A DNA stretch of 64,000 nt from Balanoglossus misakiensis (taxonomy: Eukaryota; Animalia; Hemichordata): NCBI GenBank assembly GCA_040954595.2, contig CM082587.2, positions 2,571,000 through 2,634,999 on the forward strand. The letters are read 5' to 3'. Position numbers and translations under genes: made by a program. The notes beneath the pieces are model-generated. The model searched no databases. It had not been told where the DNA came from and worked only from the letters and a program-made list of their open reading frames with translations. Within the stretch, counting starts at the first letter, position 1; each line of letters opens with the position of its first letter. This document shows, piece by piece, positions 24,501-38,773 of this stretch.

Positions 24501-27500
24501 TCGTCAAAAATCGAAGATTTTTCGACTTTGCGAAATCTCGAAATTTGGTCATTTTTTGAAAAAATCATGGGTTATAGCTCAGGAAAATCGTCAAAAATCG
24601 AAGATTTTTCGACTTTGCGAAATCTCGAAATTTGGTCATTTTTTGAAAAAATCATGGGTTATAGCTCAGGAAAATCGTCAAAAATCGAAGATTTTTCGAC
24701 TTTGAGAATTTTGAAAATTTGGTCATTTTTTGAAAAAATCATGGGTTATAGCTCAGGAAAATCGTCAAAAATCGAAGATTTTTCGACTTCGCGAAATCTC
24801 GAAATTTGGTCATTTTTTGAAAAAATCATGGGTTATAGCTCAGGAAAATCGTCAAAAATCGAAGATTTTTCGACTTTGCGAATTTTGAAAATTTGGTCAT
24901 TTTTTGAAAAAATCATGGGTTATAGCTCAGGAAAATCGTCAAAAATCGAAGATTTTTCGACTTTGCGAATTTTGAAAATTTGGTCATTTTTTGAAAAAAT
25001 CATGGGTTATAGCTCAGGAAAATCGTCAAAAATCAAAGATTTTTCGACTTTGCGAAATCTCGAAATTTGGTCATTTTTTGAAAAAATCATGGGTTATAGC
25101 TCAGGAAAATCGTCAAAAATCGAAGATTTTTCGACTTTGCGAAATCTCGAAATTTGGTCATTTTTTGAAAAAATCATGGGTTATAGCTCAGGAAAATCGT
25201 CAAAAATCGAAGATTTTTCGACTTTGCGAATTTTGAAAATTTGGTCATTTTTTGAAAAAATCATGGGTTATAGCTCAGGAAAATCGTCAAATATCGAAGA
25301 TTTTTCGACTTTGCGAAATCTCGAAATTTGGTCATTTTTTGAAAAAATCATGGGTTATAGCTCAGGAAAATCGTCAAAAATCGAAGATTTTTCGACTTTG
25401 CGAATTTTGAAAATTTGGTCATTTTTTGAAAAAATCATGGGTTATAGCTCAGGAAAATGGTCAAAAATCGAAGATTTTTCGACTTTGCGAATTTTGAAAA
25501 TTTGGTCATTTTTTGAAAAAATCATGGGTTATAGCTCAGGAAAATCGTCAAAAATCGAAGATTTTTCGGCTTTGCGAATTCTCGAAATTTGGTCATTTTT
25601 TGAAAAAATCATGGGTTATAGCTCAGGAAAATCGTCAAAAATCGAAGATTTTTCGACTTTGCGAATTTTGAAAATTTGGTCATTTTTTGAAAAAATCATG
25701 GGTTATAGCTCAGGAAAATCGTCAAAAATCGAAGATTTTTCGACTTTGCGAATTTTGAAAATTTTGTCATTTTTTGAAAAAATCATGGGTTATAGCTCAG
25801 GAAAATCGTCAAAAATCGAAGATATTTCGACTTTGCGAATTTTGAAAATTTGGTCATTTTTTGAAAAAATCATGGGTTATAGCTCAGGAAAATCGTCAAA
25901 TATCGAAGATTTTTCGACTTTGCGAATTTTGAAAATTTGGTCATTTTTTGAAAAAATCATGGGTTATAGCTCAGGAAAATCGTCAAAAATCGAAGATTTT
26001 TCGACTTTGCGAAATCTCGAAATTTGGTCATTTTTTGAAAAAATCATGGGTTATAGCTCAGGAAAATCGTCAAAAATCGAAGATTTTTCGACTTTTCGAA
26101 TTTTGAAAATTTGGTCATTTTTTGAAAAAATCATGGGTTATAGCTCAGGAAAATCGTCAAAAATCGAAGATTTTTCGACTTCGCGAAATCTCGAAATTTG
26201 GTCATTTTTTGAAAAAATCATGGGTTATAGCTCAGGAAAATCGTCAAAAATCGAAGATTTTTCGACTTTGCGAATTTTGAAAATTTGGTCATTTTTTGAA
26301 AAAATCATGGGTTATAGCTCAGGAAAATCGTCAAAAATCGAAGATTTTTCGACTTTGCGAAATCTCGAAATTTGGTCATTTTTTGAAAAAATCATGGGTT
26401 ATAGCTCAGGAAAATCGTCAAAAATCGAAGATTTTTCGACTTTGCGAATTTTGAAAATTTGGTCATTTTTTGAAAAAATCATGGGTTATAGCTCAGGAAA
26501 ATCGTCAAAAATCGAAGATCTTTCGACTTTGCGAATTTTGAAAATTTGGTCATTTTTTGAAAAAATCATGGGTTATAGCTCAGGAAAATCGTCAAAAATC
26601 GAAGATTTTTCGACTTCGCGAATTCTCGAAATTTGGGTCATTTTTTGAAAAAATCATGGGTTATAGCTCAGGAAAATCGTCAAAAATCGAAGATTTTTCG
26701 ACTTTGCGAATTTTGAAAATTTGGTCATTTTTTGAAAAAATCATGGGTTATAGCTCAGGAAAATCGTCAAAAATCGAAGATTTTTCGACTTTGCGAATTT
26801 TGAAAATTTGGTCATTTTTTGAAAAAATCATGGGTTATAGCTCAGGAAAATCGTCAAAAATCGAAGATTTTTCGACTTTGCGAATTTTGAAAATTTGGTC
26901 ATTTTTTGAAAAAATCATGGGTTATAGCTCAGGAAAATCGTCAAAAATCGAAGATATTTCGACTTTGCGAATTTTGAAAATTTGGTCATTTTTTGAAAAA
27001 ATCATGGGTTATAGCTCAGGAAAATCGTCAAAAATCGAAGATTTTTCGACTTTGCGAATTTTGAAAATTTGGTCATTTTTTGAAAAAATCATGGGTTATA
27101 GCTCAGGAAAATCGTCAAAAATCGAAGATTTTTCGACTTTGCGAATTTTGAAAATTTGGTCATTTTTTGAAAAAATCATGGGTTATAGCTCAGGAAAATC
27201 GTCAAATATCGAAGATTTTTCGACTTTGCGAATTTTGAAAATTTGGTCATTTTTTGAAAAAATCATGGGTTATAGCTCAGGAAAATCGTCAAAAATCGAA
27301 GATTTTTCGACTTTGCGAAATCTCGAAATTTGGTCATTTTTTGAAAAAATCATGGGTTATAGCTCAGGAAAATCGTCAAAAATCGAAGATTTTTCGACTT
27401 TGCGAAATCTCGAAATTTGGTCATTTTTTGAAAAAATCATGGGTTATAGCTCAGGAAAATCGTCAAAAATCGAAGATTTTTCGACTTTGCGAATTTTGAA

Positions 27501-30500
27501 AATTTGGTCATTTTTTGAAAAAATCATGGGTTATAGCTCAGGAAAATCGTCAAAAATCGAAGATTTTTCGACTTTGCGAATTCTCGAAATTTGGTCATTT
27601 TTTGAAAAAATCATGGGTTATAGCTCAGGAAAATCGTCAAAAATCGAAGATTTTTCGACTTTGCGAATTTTGAAAATTTGGTCATTTTTTGAAAAAATCA
27701 TGGGTTATAGCTCAGGAAAATCGTCAAAAATCGAAGATTTTTCGACTTTGCGAATTTTGAAAATTTGGTCATTTTTTGAAAAAATCATGGGTTATAGCTC
27801 AGGAAAATCGTCAAAAATCGAAGATTTTTCGACTTTGCGAATTTTGAAAATTTGGTCATTTTTTGAAAAAATCATGGGTTATAGCTCAGGAAAATCGTCA
27901 AATATCGAAGATTTTTCGACTTTGCGAAATCTCGAAATTTGGTCATTTTTTGAAAAAATCATGGGTTATAGCTCAGGAAAATCGTCAAAAATCGAAGATT
28001 TTTCGACTTTGCGAAATCTCGAAATTTGGTCATTTTTTGAAAAAATCATGGGTTATAGCTCAGGAAAATCGTCAAAAATCGAAGATTTTTCGACTTTGCG
28101 AATTTTGAAAATTTGGTCATTTTTTGAAAAAATCATGGGTTATAGCTCAGGAAAATCGTCAAAAATCAAAGATTTTTCGACTTTGCGAAATCTCGAAATT
28201 TGGTCATTTTTTGAAAAAATCATGGGTTATAGCTCAGGAAAATCGTCAAAAATCGAAGATTTTTCGACTTTGCGAATTTTGAAAATTTGGTCATTTTTTG
28301 AAAAAATCATGGGTTATAGCTCAGGAAAATCGTCAAAAATCGAAGATTTTTCGACTTTGCGAAATCTCGAAATTTGGTCATTTTTTGAAAAAATCATGGG
28401 TTATAGCTCAGGAAAATCGTCAAAAATCGAAGATTTTTCGACTTTGCGAATTTTGAAAATTTGGTCATTTTTTGAAAAAATCATGGGTTATAGCTCAGGA
28501 AAATCGTCAAAAATCGAAGATCTTTCGACTTTGCGAATTTTGAAAATTTGGTCATTTTTTGAAAAAATCATGGGTTATAGCTCAGGAAAATCGTCAAAAA
28601 TCGAAGATTTTTCGACTTCGCGAATTCTCGAAATTTGGGTCATTTTTTGAAAAAATCATGGGTTATAGCTCAGGAAAATCGTCAAAAATCGAAGATTTTT
28701 CGACTTTGCGAATTTTGAAAATTTGGTCATTTTTTGAAAAAATCATGGGTTATAGCTCAGGAAAATCGTCAAAAATCGAAGATTTTTCGACTTTGCGAAT
28801 TTTGAAAATTTGGTCATTTTTTTGAAAAAATCATGGGTTATAGCTCAGGAAAATCGTCAAAAATCGAAGATTTTTCGACTTTGCGAATTTTGAAAATTTG
28901 GTCATTTTTTGAAAAAATCATGGGTTATAGCTCAGGAAAATCGTCAAAAATCGAAGATATTTCGACTTTGCGAATTTTGAAAATTTGGTCATTTTTTGAA
29001 AAAATCATGGGTTATAGCTCAGGAAAATCGTCAAAAATCGAAGATTTTTCGACTTTGCGAATTTTGAAAATTTGGTCATTTTTTGAAAAAATCATGGGTT
29101 ATAGCTCAGGAAAATCGTCAAAAATCGAAGATTTTTCGACTTTGCGAATTTTGAAAATTTGGTCATTTTTTGAAAAAATCATGGGTTATAGCTCAGGAAA
29201 ATCGTCAAAAATCGAAGATTTTTCGACTTTGCGAAATCTCGAAATTTGGTCATTTTTTGAAAAAATCATGGGTTATAGCTCAGGAAAATCGTCAAAAATC
29301 GAAGATTTTTCGACTTTGCGAATTTTGAAAATTTGGTCATTTTTTGAAAAAATCATGGGTTATAGCTCAGGAAAATCGTCAAAAATCGAAGATTTTTCGA
29401 CTTTGCGAATTCTCGAAATTTGGTCATTTTTTGAAAAAATCATGGGTTATAGCTCAGGAAAATCGTCAAAAATCGAAGATTTTTCGACTTTGCGAATTTT
29501 GAAAATTTGGTCATTTTTTGAAAAAATCATGGGTTATAGCTCAGGAAAATCGTCAAAAATCGAAGATTTTTCGACTTTGCGAATTTTGAAAATTTGGTCA
29601 TTTTTTGAAAAAATCATGGGTTATAGCTCAGGAAAATCGTCAAAAATCGAAGATTTTTCGACTTTGCGAATTTTGAAAATTTGGTCATTTTTTGAAAAAA
29701 TCATGGGTTATAGCTCAGGAAAATCGTCAAATATCGAAGATTTTTCGACTTTGCGAATTTTGAAAATTTGGTCATTTTTTGAAAAAATCATGGGTTATTA
29801 GCTCAGGAAAATCGTCAAAAATCGAAGATTTTTCGACTTTGCGAAATCTCGAAATTTGGTCATTTTTTGAAAAAATCATGGGTTATAGCTCAGGAAAATC
29901 GTCAAAAATCGAAGATTTTTCGACTTTGCGAATTTTGAAAATTTGGTCATTTTTTGAAAAAATCATGGGTTATAGCTCAGGAAAATCGTCAAAAATCGAA
30001 GATTTTTCGACTTTGCGAATTTTGAAAATTTGGTCATTTTTTGAAAAAATCATGGGTTATAGCTCAGGAAAATCGTCAAAAATCGAAGATTTTTCGACTT
30101 TGCGAATTTTGAAAATTTGGTCATTTTTTGAAAAAATCATGGGTTATAGCTCAGGAAAATCGTCAAAAATCGAAGATTTTTCGACTTTGCGAATTTTGAA
30201 AATTTGGTCATTTTTTGAAAAAATCATGGGTTATAGCTCAGGAAAATCGTCAAAAATCGAAGATTTTTCGACTTTGCGAATTTTGAAAATTTGGTCATTT
30301 TTTGAAAAAATCATGGGTTATAGCTCAGGAAAATCGTCAAATATCGAAGATTTTTCGACTTTGCGAATTTTGAAAATTTGGTCATTTTTTGAAAAAATCA
30401 TGGGTTATAGCTCAGGAAAATCGTCAAAAATCGAAGATTTTTCGACTTTGCGAAATCTCGAAATTTGGTCATTTTTTGAAAAAATCATGGGTTATAGCTC

Positions 30501-33500
30501 AGGAAAATCGTCAAAAATCGAAGATTTTTCGACTTTGCGAAATCTCGAAATTTGGTCATTTTTTGAAAAAATCATGGGTTATAGCTCAGGAAAATCGTCA
30601 AAAATCGAAGATTTTTCGACTTTGCGAATTTTGAAAATTTGGTCATTTTTTGAAAAAATCATGGGTTATAGCTCAGGAAAATCGTCAAAAATCGAAGATT
30701 TTTCGACTTTGCGAATTCTCGAAATTTGGTCATTTTTTGAAAAAATCATGGGTTATAGCTCAGGAAAATCGTCAAAAATCGAAGATTTTTCGACTTTGCG
30801 AATTTTGAAAATTTGGTCATTTTTTGAAAAAATCATGGGTTATAGCTCAGGAAAATCGTCAAAAATCGAAGATTTTTCGACTTTGCGAATTTTGAAAATT
30901 TGGTCATTTTTTGAAAAAATCATGGGTTATAGCTCAGGAAAATCGTCAAAAATCGAAGATTTTTCGACTTTGCGAATTTTGAAAATTTGGTCATTTTTTG
31001 AAAAAATCATGGGTTATAGCTCAGGAAAATCGTCAAATATCGAAGATTTTTCGACTTTGCGAATTTTGAAAATTTGGTCATTTTTTGAAAAAATCATGGG
31101 TTATTAGCTCAGGAAAATCGTCAAAAATCGAAGATTTTTCGACTTTGCGAAATCTCGAAATTTGGTCATTTTTTGAAAAAATCATGGGTTATAGCTCAGG
31201 AAAATCGTCAAAAATCGAAGATTTTTCGACTTTGCGAATTTTGAAAATTTGGTCATTTTTTGAAAAAATCATGGGTTATAGCTCAGGAAAATCGTCAAAA
31301 ATCGAAGATTTTTCGACTTTGCGAATTTTGAAAATTTGGTCATTTTTTGAAAAAATCATGGGTTATAGCTCAGGAAAATCGTCAAAAATCGAAGATTTTT
31401 CGACTTTGCGAATTTTGAAAATTTGGTCATTTTTTGAAAAAATCATGGGTTATAGCTCAGGAAAATCGTCAAAAATCGAAGATTTTTCGACTTTGCGAAT
31501 TTTGAAAATTTGGTCATTTTTTGAAAAAATCATGGGTTATAGCTCAGGAAAATCGTCAAAAATCGAAGATTTTTCGACTTTGCGAAATCTCGAAATTTGG
31601 TCATTTTTTGAAAAAATCATGGGTTATAGCTTAGGAAAATCGTCAAAAATCGAAGATTTTTCGACTTTGCAAAATCTCGAAATTTGGTCATTTTTTGAAA
31701 AAATCATGGGTTATAGCTCAGGAAAATCGTCAAAAAACGAAGATTTTTCGACTTTGCGAATTTTGAAAATTTGGTCATTTTTTGAAAAAATCATGGGTTA
31801 TAGCTCAGGAAAATCGTCAAAAATCGAAGATTTTTCGACTTTGCGAATTTTGAAAATTTGGTCATTTTTTGAAAAAATCATGGGTTATAGCTCAGGAAAA
31901 TCGTCAAAAATCGAAGATTTTTCGACTTTGCGAATTTTGAAAATTTGGTCATTTTTTGAAAAAGTCATGGGTTATAGCTCAGGAAAATCGTCAAAAATCG
32001 AAGATTTTTCGACTTTGCGAATTTTGAAAATTTGGTCATTTTTTGAAAAAATCATGGGTTATAGCTCAGGAAAATCGTCAAAAATCGAAGATTTTTCGAC
32101 TTTGCGAATTTTGAAAATTTGGTCATTTTTTGAAAAAATCATGGGTTATAGCTCAGGAAAATCGTCAAAAATCGAAGATTTTTCGACTTTGAGAATTTTG
32201 AAAATTTGGTCATTTTTTGAAAAAATCATGGGTTATAGCTCAGGAAAATCGTCAAAAATCGAAGATTTTTCGACTTTGCGAATTTTGAAAATTTGGTCAT
32301 TTTTTGAAAAAATCATGGGGTATAGCTCAGGAAAATCGTCAAAAATCGAAGATTTTTCGACTTTGCGAATTTTGAAAATTTGGTCATTTTTTGAAAAAAT
32401 CATGGGTTATAGCTCAGGAAAATCGTCAAAAATCGAAGATTTTTCGACTTTGCGAATTTTGAAAATTTGGTCATTTTTTGAAAAAATCATGGGTTATAGC
32501 TCAGGAAAATCGTCAAAAATCGAAGATTTTTCGACTTTGCGAATTTTGAAAATTTGGTCATTTTTTGAAAAAATCATGGGTTATAGCTCAGGAAAATCGT
32601 CAAAAATCGAAGATTTTTCGACTTTGCGAAATCTCGAAATTTGGTCATTTTTTGAAAAAATCATGGGTTATAGCTCAGGAAAATCGTCAAAAATCGAAGA
32701 TTTTTCGACTTTGCGAATTTTGAAAATTTGGTCATTTTTTGAAAAAATCATGGGTTATAGCTCAGGAAAATCGTCAAAAATCGAAGATTTTTCAACTTTG
32801 CGAATTTTGAAAATTTGGTCATTTTTTGAAAAAATCATGGGTTATAGCTCAGGAAAATCGTCAAAAATCGAAGATTTTTCGACTTTGCGAATTTTGAAAA
32901 TTTGGTCATTTTTTGAAAAAATCATGGGTTATAGCTCAGGAAAATCGTCAAAAATCGACGATTTTTCGACTTTGCGAAATCTCGAAATTTGGTCATTTTT
33001 TGAAAAAATCATGGGTTATAGCTCAGGAAAATCGTCAAAAATCGAAGATTTTTCGACTTTGCGAAATCTCGAAATTTGGTCATTTTTTGAAAAAATCATG
33101 GGTTATAGCTCAGGAAAATCGTCAAAAATCGAAGATTTTTCGACTTTGCGAATTTTGAAAATTTGGTCATTTTTTGAAAAAATCATGGGTTATAGCTCAG
33201 GAAAATCGTCAAAAATCGAAGATTTTTCGACTTTGCGAATTTTGAAAATTTGGTCATTTTTTGAAAAAATCATGGGTTATAGCTCAGGAAAATCGTCAAA
33301 AATCGAAGATTTTTCGACTTTGCGAATTTTGAAAATTTGATCATTTTTTGAAAAAATCATGGGTTATAGCTCAGGAAAATCGTCAAAAATCGAAGATTTT
33401 TCGACTTTGCGAATTTTGAAAATTTGGTCATTTTTTGAAGAAATCATGGGTTATAGCTCAGGAAAATCGTCAAAAATCGAAGATTTTTCGACTTTGCGAA

Positions 33501-36500
33501 ATCTCGAAATTTGGTCATTTTTTGAAAAAATCATGGGTTATAGCTCAGGAAAATCGTTAAAAATCGAAGATTTTTCGACTTTGCGAATTTTGAAAATGTG
33601 GTCACTTTTTGAAAAAATCATGGGTTATAGCTCAGGAAAATCGTCAAAAATCGAAGATTTTTCGACTTTGCGAATTTTGAAAATTTGGTCATTTTTTGAA
33701 AAAATCATGGGTTATAGCTCAGGAAAATCGTCAAAAATCGAAGATTTTTCGACTTTGCGAATTTTGAAAATTTGGTCATTTTTTGAAAAAATCATGGGTT
33801 ATAGCTCAGGAAAATCGTCAAAAATCGAAGATTTTTCGACTTTGCGAATTTTGAAAATTTGGTCATTTTTTGAAAAAATCATGGGGTATAGCTCAGGAAA
33901 ATCGTCAAAAATCGAAGATTTTTCGACTTTGCGAATTTTGAAAATTTGGTCATTTTTTGAAAAAATCATGGGTTATAGCTCAGGAAAATCGTCAAAAATC
34001 GAAGATTTTTCGACTTTGCGAATTTTGAAAATTTGGTCATTTTTTGAAAAAATCATGGGTTATAGCTCAGGAAAATCGTCAAAAATCGAAGATTTTTCGA
34101 CTTTGCGAATTTTGAAAATTTGGTCATTTTTTGAAAAAATCATGGGTTATAGCTCAGGAAAATCGTCAAAAATCGAAGATTTTTCGACTTTGCGAATTTT
34201 GAAAATTTGGTCATTTTTTGAAAAAATCATGGGTTATAGCTCAGGAAAATCGTCAAAAATCGAAGATTTTTCGACTTTGCGAAATCTCGAAATTTGGTCA
34301 TTTTTTGAAAAAATCATGGGTTATAGCTCAGGAAAATCGTCAAAAATCGAAGATTTTTCGACTTTGCGAATTTTGAAAATTTGGTCATTTTTTGAAAAAA
34401 TCATGGGTTATAGCTCAGGAAAATCGTCAAAAATCGAAGATTTTTCAACTTTGCGAATTTTGAAAATTTGGTCATTTTTTGAAAAAATCATGGGTTATAG
34501 CTCAGGAAAATCGTCAAAAATCGAAGATTTTTCGACTTTGCGAATTTTGAAAATTTGGTCATTTTTTGAAAAAATCATGGGTTATAGCTCAGGAAAATCG
34601 TCAAAAATCGAAGATTTTTCGACTTTGCGAAATCTCGAAATTTGGTCATTTTTTGAAAAAATCATGGGTTATAGCTCAGGAAAATCGTCAAAAATCGAAG
34701 ATTTTTCGACTTTGCGAAATCTCGAAATTTGGTCATTTTTTGAAAAAATCATGGGTTATAGCTCAGGAAAATCGTCAAAAATCGAAGATTTTTCGACTTT
34801 GCGAATTTTGAAAATTTGGTCATTTTTTGAAAAAATCATGGGTTATAGCTCAGGAAAATCGTCAAAAATCGAAGATTTTTCGACTTTGCGAATTTTGAAA
34901 ATTTGGTCATTTTTTGAAAAAATCATGGGTTATAGCTCAGGAAAATCGTCAAAAATCGAAGATTTTTCGACTTTGCGAATTTTGAAAATTTGATCATTTT
35001 TTGAAAAAATCATGGGTTATAGCTCAGGAAAATCGTCAAAAATCGAAGATTTTTCGACTTTGCGAATTTTGAAAATTTGGTCATTTTTTGAAAAAATCAT
35101 GGGTTATAGCTCAGGAAAATCGTCAAAAATCGAAGATTTTTCGACTTTGCGAAATCTCGAAATTTGGTCATTTTTTGAAAAAATCATGGGTTATAGCTCA
35201 GGAAAATCGTTAAAAATCGAAGATTTTTCGACTTTGCGAATTTTGAAAATGTGGTCATTTTTTGAAAAAATCATGGGTTATAGCTCAGGAAAATCGTCAA
35301 AAATCGAAGATTTTTCGACTTTGCGAATTTTGAAAATTTGGTCATTTTTTGAAAAAATCATGGGTTATAGCTCAGGAAAATCGTCAAAAATCGAAGATTT
35401 TTCGACTTTGCGAAATCTCGAAATTTGGTCATTTTTTGAAAAAATCATGGGTTATAGCTCAGGAAAATCGTCAAAAATCGAAGATTTTTCGACTTTGCGA
35501 AATCTCGAAATTTGGTCATTTTTTGAAAAAATCATGGGTTATAGCTCAGGAAAATCGTCAAAAATCGAAGATTTTTCGACTTTGCGAATTTTGAAAATTT
35601 GGTCATTTTTTGAAAAAATCATGGGTTATAGCTCAGGAAAATCGTCAAAAATCGAAGATTTTTCGACTTTGCGAATTTTGAAAATTTGGTCATTTTTTGA
35701 AAAAATCATGGGTTATAGCTCAGGAAAATCGTCAAAAATCGAAGATTTTTCGACTTTGCGAATTTTGAAAATTTGGTCATTTTTTGAAAAAATCATGGGT
35801 TATAGCTCAGGAAAATCGTCAAAAATCGAAGATTTTTCGACTTTGCGAATTTTGAAAATTTGGTCATTTTTTGAAAAAATCATGGGTTATAGCTCAGGAA
35901 AATCGTCAAAAATCGAAGATTTTTCGACTTTGCGAATTTTGAAAATTTGGTCATTTTTTGAAAAAATCATGGGTTATAGCTCAGGAAAATCGTCAAAAAT
36001 CGAAGATTTTTCGACTTTGCGAATTTTGAAAATTTGGTCATTTTTTGAAAAAATCATGGGTTATAGCTTAGGAAAATCGTCAAAAATCGAAGATTTTTCG
36101 ACTTTGCGAATTTTGAAAATTTGGTCATTTTTTGAAAAAATCATGGGTTATAGCTCAGGAAAATCGTCAAAAATCGAAGATATTTCGACTTTGCGAATTT
36201 TGAAAATTTGGTCATTTTTTGAAAAAATCATGGGTTATAGCTCAGGAAAATGGTCTAAAATCGAAGATTTTTCGACTTTGCGAATTTTGAAAATTTGGTC
36301 ATTTTTTGAAAAAATAATGGGTTATAGCTCAGTGAAATCGTCAAAAATCGAAGATATTTCGACTTTGCGAATTTTGAAAATTTGGTCATTTTTTGAAAAA
36401 ATCATGGGTTATAGCTCAGGAAAATGGTCAAAAATCGAAGATTTTTCGACTTTGCGAATTTTAAAAATTTGGTCATTTTTTGAAAAAATCATGGGTTATA

Positions 36501-38773
36501 GCTCAGGAAAATCGTCAAAAATCGAAGATTTTTCGACTTTGCGAAATCTCGAAATTTGGTCATTTTTTGAAAAAATCATGGGTTATAGCTCAGGAAAATC
36601 GTCAAAAATCGAAGATTTTTCGACTTTGCGAAATCTCGAAATTTGGTCATTTTTTGAAAAAATCATGGGTTATAGCTCAGGAAAATCGTCAAAAATCGAA
36701 GATTTTTCGACTTTGCGAATTTTGAAAATTTGGTCATTTTTTGAAAAAATCATGGGTTATAGCTCAGGAAAATCGTCAAAAATCGAAGATTTTTCGACTT
36801 TGCGAATTTTGAAAATTTGGTCATTTTTTGAAAAAATCATGGGTTATAGCTCAGGAAAATCGTCAAAAATCGAAGATTTTTCGACTTTGCGAATTTTGAA
36901 AATTTGGTCATTTTTTGAAAAAATCATGGGTTATAGCTCAGGAAAATCGTCAAAAATCGAAGATTTTTCGACTTTGCGAATTTTGAAAATTTGGTCATTT
37001 TTTGAAAAAATCATGGGTTATAGCTCAGGAAAATCGTCAAAAATCGAAGATTTTTCGACTTTGCGAATTTTGAAAATTTGGTCATTTTTTGAAAAAATCA
37101 TGGGTTATAGCTCAGGAAAATCGTCAAAAATCGAAGATTTTTCGACTTTGCGAAATCTCGAAATTTGGTCATTTTTTGAAAAAATCATGGGTTATAGCTC
37201 AGGAAAATCGTTAAAAATCGAAGATTTTTCGACTTTGCGAATTTTGAAAATGTGGTCATTTTTTGAAAAAATCATGGGTTATAGCTCAGGAAAATCGTCA
37301 AAAATCGAAGATTTTTCGACTTTGCGAATTTTGAAAATTTGGTCATTTTTTGAAAAAATCATGGGTTATAGCTCAGGAAAATCGTCAAAAATCGAAGATT
37401 TTTCGACTTTGCGAAATCTCGAAATTTGGTCATTTTTTGAAAAAATCATGGGTTATAGCTCAGGAAAATCGTCAAAAATCGAAGATTTTTCGACTTTGCG
37501 AAATCTCGAAATTTGGTCATTTTTTGAAAAAATCATGGGTTATAGCTCAGGAAAATCGTCAAAAATCGAAGATTTTTCGACTTTGCGAATTTTGAAAATT
37601 TGGTCATTTTTTGAAAAAATCATGGGTTATAGCTCAGGAAAATCGTCAAAAATCGAAGATTTTTCGACTTTGCGAATTTTGAAAATTTGATCATTTTTTG
37701 AAAAAATCATGGGTTATAGCTCAGGAAAATCGTCAAAAATCGATGATTTTTCGACTTTGCGAATTTTGAAAATTTGGTCATTTTTTGAAAAAATCATGGG
37801 TTATAGCTCAGGAAAATCGTCAAAAATCGAAGATTTTTCGACTTTGCGAATTTTGAAAATTTGGTCATTTTTTGAAAAAATCATGGGTTATAGCTCAGGA
37901 AAATCGTCAAAAATCGAAGATTTTTCGACTTTGCGAATTTTGAAAATTTGGTCATTTTTTGAAAAAATCATGGGTTATAGCTTAGGAAAATCGTCAAAAA
38001 TCGAAGATTTTTCGACTTTGCGAATTTTGAAAATTTGGTCATTTTTTGAAAAAATCATGGGTTATAGCTCAGGAAAATCGTCAAAAATCGAAGATATTTC
38101 GACTTTGCGAATTTTGAAAATTTGGTCATTTTTTGAAAAAATCATGGGTTATAGCTCAGGAAAATGGTCTAAAATCGAAGATTTTTCGACTTTGCGAATT
38201 TTGAAAATTTGGTCATTTTTTGAAAAAATAATGGGTTATAGCTCAGGAAAATCGTCAAAAATCGAAGATATTTCGACTTTGCGAATTTTGAAAATTTGGT
38301 CATTTTTTGAAAAAATCATGGGTTATAGCTCAGGAAAATGGTCAAAAATCGAAGATTTTTCGACTTTGCGAATTTTAAAAATTTGGTCATTTTTTGAAAA
38401 AATCATGGGTTATAGCTCAGGAAAATCGTCAAAAATCGAAGATTTTTCGACTTTGCGAAATCTCGAAATTTGGTCATTTTTTGAAAAAATCATGGGTTAT
38501 AGCTCAGGAAAATCGTTAAAAATCGAAGATTTTTCGACTTTGCGAATTTTGAAAATTTGGTCATTTTTTGAAAAAATCATGGATTATAGCTCAGGAAAAT
38601 GGTCAAAAATCGAAGATTTTTCGACTTTGCGAATTTTAAAAATTTGGTCATTTTTTGAAAAAATCATGGGTTATAGCTCAGGAAAATCGTCAAAAATCGA
38701 AGATTTTTCGACTTTGCGAAATCTCGAAATTTGGTCATTTTTTGAAAAAATCATGGGTTATAGCTCAGGAAAA
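18534..38773 (-). repeat. Satellite core variant C, inverted block (~232 copies, ~20.2 kb)
   Basis: The unit reads as the reverse complement (catgggttatagctcaggaaaatcgtcaaaaatcgaag...). The 29-aa repeat ORF switches from the - to the + strand at ~18530. Confidence 0.97.
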
